DNA of 63,585 nucleotides, filler included, from Rozella allomycis CSF55 (lineage: Eukaryota), in assembly GCA_000442015.1 (NCBI GenBank). It is 14 parts of 14 records of this genome, joined end to end, with 100 filler letters (N's around TTAATTAATTAA, not from the genome) between each part and the next. Parts side by side here need not be neighbours in the genome. Positions count along the whole stretch, not along the records: positions 61,132 to 62,432 come from KE560721.1; positions 62,533 to 63,585 come from KE560726.1; 12 more parts are not named here. One strand, written 5' to 3'. Numbering within the stretch: position 1 is the first letter of the stretch; every line of letters begins with the position of its first letter. The position numbers were made by a program, and so were the translations under genes. The notes below the pieces were generated by a model. The model saw nothing but the letters and a program-made list of their open reading frames with translations. It was not told where the DNA came from and did no database searches. Shown here one piece after another: positions 61,354-63,585 of this stretch.

Positions 61354-62432
61354 GGGCCTGTTTCATGATGCCCTGCTCCGTCAACGCTTCTAATTTTGAA
61401 AATTCAAATAAAAAACTTAAGTTTCAGTTCGGCTTTCTTTCTGCACGGCTTTCATTGTGGCTTATAAAAAATATTTTTTATGGCTCCTAAAAAACTCAAA
61501 TTGGAGGATCAAACCAAGGTTAAAAAGGAAATTTCTGAAGACCAAACAAGAATAACATGGACAACAGACTTTTTCAACACTCTGTTAGATCTACGTTACG
61601 AAGATGAAATTATTGAAAGCAAATTTTGTCTCGCCAAGAACCATTTTGACACTAACAAATACAACACTCTTTCGTTAGCGTTTTGCGATAAAACTAAGGT
61701 ACTAAAATAATTTTCGGATATAAAGATAAATGCTGGTCCCAAAAAACTTCAAGATAAACTCAGCAAGTTGCAAAAGGAATATCGGGCGAAAAAAATGATG
61801 TGAATCACACTGGAAACATGATTGACCCCTGTTTACCTGCATATTGGGAAAAGTTAAACAGCTATTATCAGTCAAGGCCTGGTGTGGGAGGAAATATTTT
61901 GGCAGATAGTGCAGCTGGTATTTGTGTTCCCAAAACTGAAAATTTTGAAACTGAAGCTGACTTTGAATTAATGAGTACACCAAGAAAAAAGAACAAAGCA
62001 GGACCTGAAATTCTTGCAGATTCATTTCAATCTGGATTAAACTCAATAGCTGAAGCAATGATTAAACAAGCCAAAGCATCAAAACAAAGTTTCGATGAAG
62101 AAATGTTTATGGATCGCGTACCTGACAAAATTAGTGAACGCATCGAGAGTACGTTGAAAAAAAGAAACATTCAATTATGTGAAACATTAAGGGAAATTTT
62201 TAGTAAATAAAAGTGAATTGTTTTAAACATATATGAACTTAATATGCTGTTACAAATAAAATCTCTTTTAGCTTTCGCGTATGTGTTATCTTCATTGCGT
62301 GTTAATTCCAATTGGGGTATATCAATGTCATCATTATAATCAGGTTCACTGTATCATCTTGAAACTTATTACAGAGATTTTGAAGCAAAAAACACGCTTG
62401 TACAATGCTTACATTGCCTTCCATGCTTTTGA
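61354..62432. mobile_element. PIF/Harbinger DNA transposon: left end, Myb/SANT-like ORF and convergent transposase tail
   Basis: TAA followed by GGGCCTGTTT at 61351-61363; + strand ORF RITWTTDFFNTLLDLR; - strand VSIVQACFLLQNLC...AKAKRDFI resembling the DDE_Tnp_4 C-terminus. Confidence 0.72.
61480..62210 (+). CDS. Myb/SANT-like DNA-binding protein (Harbinger accessory ORF), two segments
   Basis: MAPKKLK NLS-like start; W-T...LL.LR; LQDKLSKLQKEYR; PAYWEKLNSYY. Confidence 0.55.
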
Positions 62433-63056
62433 NNNNNNNNNNNNNNNNNNNNNNNNNNNNNNNNNNNNNNNNNNNNTTAATTAATTAANNNNNNNNNNNN
62501 NNNNNNNNNNNNNNNNNNNNNNNNNNNNNNNNAGCTAACACCTGAAATATACAGACTTTTTCACAGAGCATTTTTTTTCTCGTTTGTTAACCTCAATTAT
62601 GAACATGATTTCTATATATTGGATCCCCCAGACCTGCCAATCAACGAAACTTGTTTTCTTTACATGATAAATCATGATGATAACATATATTCAAGGCTTT
62701 TCTTTTCCAAATTGAGACCTAGCAATGAATGTTTTATGGCAAACCTACATTTGGTTGATGAAAAGAAGAAAAGTCGTTTGCTTCATTACTTAAAAGAGAA
62801 CATAAAATGAAACATATGAAGTTTTAATAAATCAATAAATGCCATTCATTTATTACATTTTCTTCATAGTCTTTTAATTATTTTTTAATTACAGAGAAGT
62901 CACCCGTTTCCCCTAAAAATCCTGGATTTTTTCCGGTAATTTCCGAAACATTTTACCGTAGGATTCTCCAAAGAATCATAAAACTCTATTATCCCGAAAA
63001 TTCACAAATACAAAAATGACATACCTGAGACGTGGATTTAATATCAGCGGGATAAT

Positions 63057-63240
63057 GGATTGAGAATCATTAGAGTCAAAGAAAATGATGGCACTCCAAG
63101 AAAACGAAAGAGGTAGTACAGGGCATAACGTCAAAAATGACAGATCGGATTGAGAATCATTAGAGTCAAAGAAAATGATGGACTCCAAGAAAACGAAAGA
63201 GGTAGTACAGGGCATAACGTCAAAAATGACAGACCGGATG
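63057..63240 (+). repeat. Tandem duplication of a 90-bp unit, two copies
   Basis: GGATTGAGAATCATTAGAGTCAAAGAAAATGATGG at 63057 and 63147, with no N at the junction. Confidence 0.9.
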
Positions 63241-63585
63241 ACAGACAAAAATTCAGAAAGCCCTACAGAAGCTCAGAACGCGGTTGAGTTGAGACATGAA
63301 CACCTGTTTGATGATGATGATGATATGATCCAACCTGATTCAAATGATCATTCACAGAGACTTCGAGAAGAGCGCAACAATTGGCAAAACGTACAAGAAC
63401 AAGCTATTCGAGGATTAGTATTTAGTGTATTCCAATACCTGCTCTGGTAACGTCTGCGGTGTGACAAATTGCAATGAGAATTCAGAGGTTCGTTGTACTA
63501 CGTGCGTGTATCATCCAAAGTTTTGTCGCGTACATGGCGAAAAATATTGTCGTGTCGACATAAGCTGTATGGTAATAGATACCAA
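63175..63585 (+). mobile_element. Possible KDZ/CxC-type transposon 5' region, frameshifted
   Basis: An acidic segment, then RLREERNNWQNVQEQAI, then in another frame CGVTNCNENSEVRCTTCVYHPKFCRVHGEKYC. Confidence 0.35.

Overview
This is AT-rich, gene-dense eukaryotic nuclear DNA from a draft assembly. It consists of 14 pieces joined by 13 artificial 100-bp spacers (N44-TTAATTAATTAA-N44), plus many single-N joins whose flanks are duplicated with substitutions, probably two haplotypes. Most genes are split by very short (about 25-32 nt) GT-AG introns, so the ORF track shows only fragments; I rebuilt gene models by eye and coordinates are approximate. The mix of a fungal nucleoporin (Pom152), a centriole protein (POC5), a GH19 chitinase, tiny introns and tiny intergenic spacers suggests a zoosporic early-diverging fungus, possibly Rozella/Cryptomycota-like (inference, no database search). 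Housekeeping genes recognised: RNase H2B, BOS1, AP-3 beta, KSH1, SDS22, ESS2, ENT3/epsinR, POM152, SQS1, VPS35, ADE12, a DUF1640 protein, FRG1, PIG-P, SCC2, a PPR protein, POL5, EHD3, RBG2, POC5, RPL23, a SMG6-like gene, RFWD3, POLK and VPS10. Mobile elements: copia, gypsy, a probable LINE RNase H, a PIF/Harbinger element with a visible end, and a possible KDZ element. The best leads are candidate host-interaction proteins: a giant C-type-lectin/repeat surface protein, an intronless Cys-rich/ankyrin-like/WxGxAPWC chimera, a stalked GH19 chitinase and an F-box-ankyrin protein. Also notable are a PH-CLU-TPR fusion and orientation-independent GC-skew flips at AT troughs.
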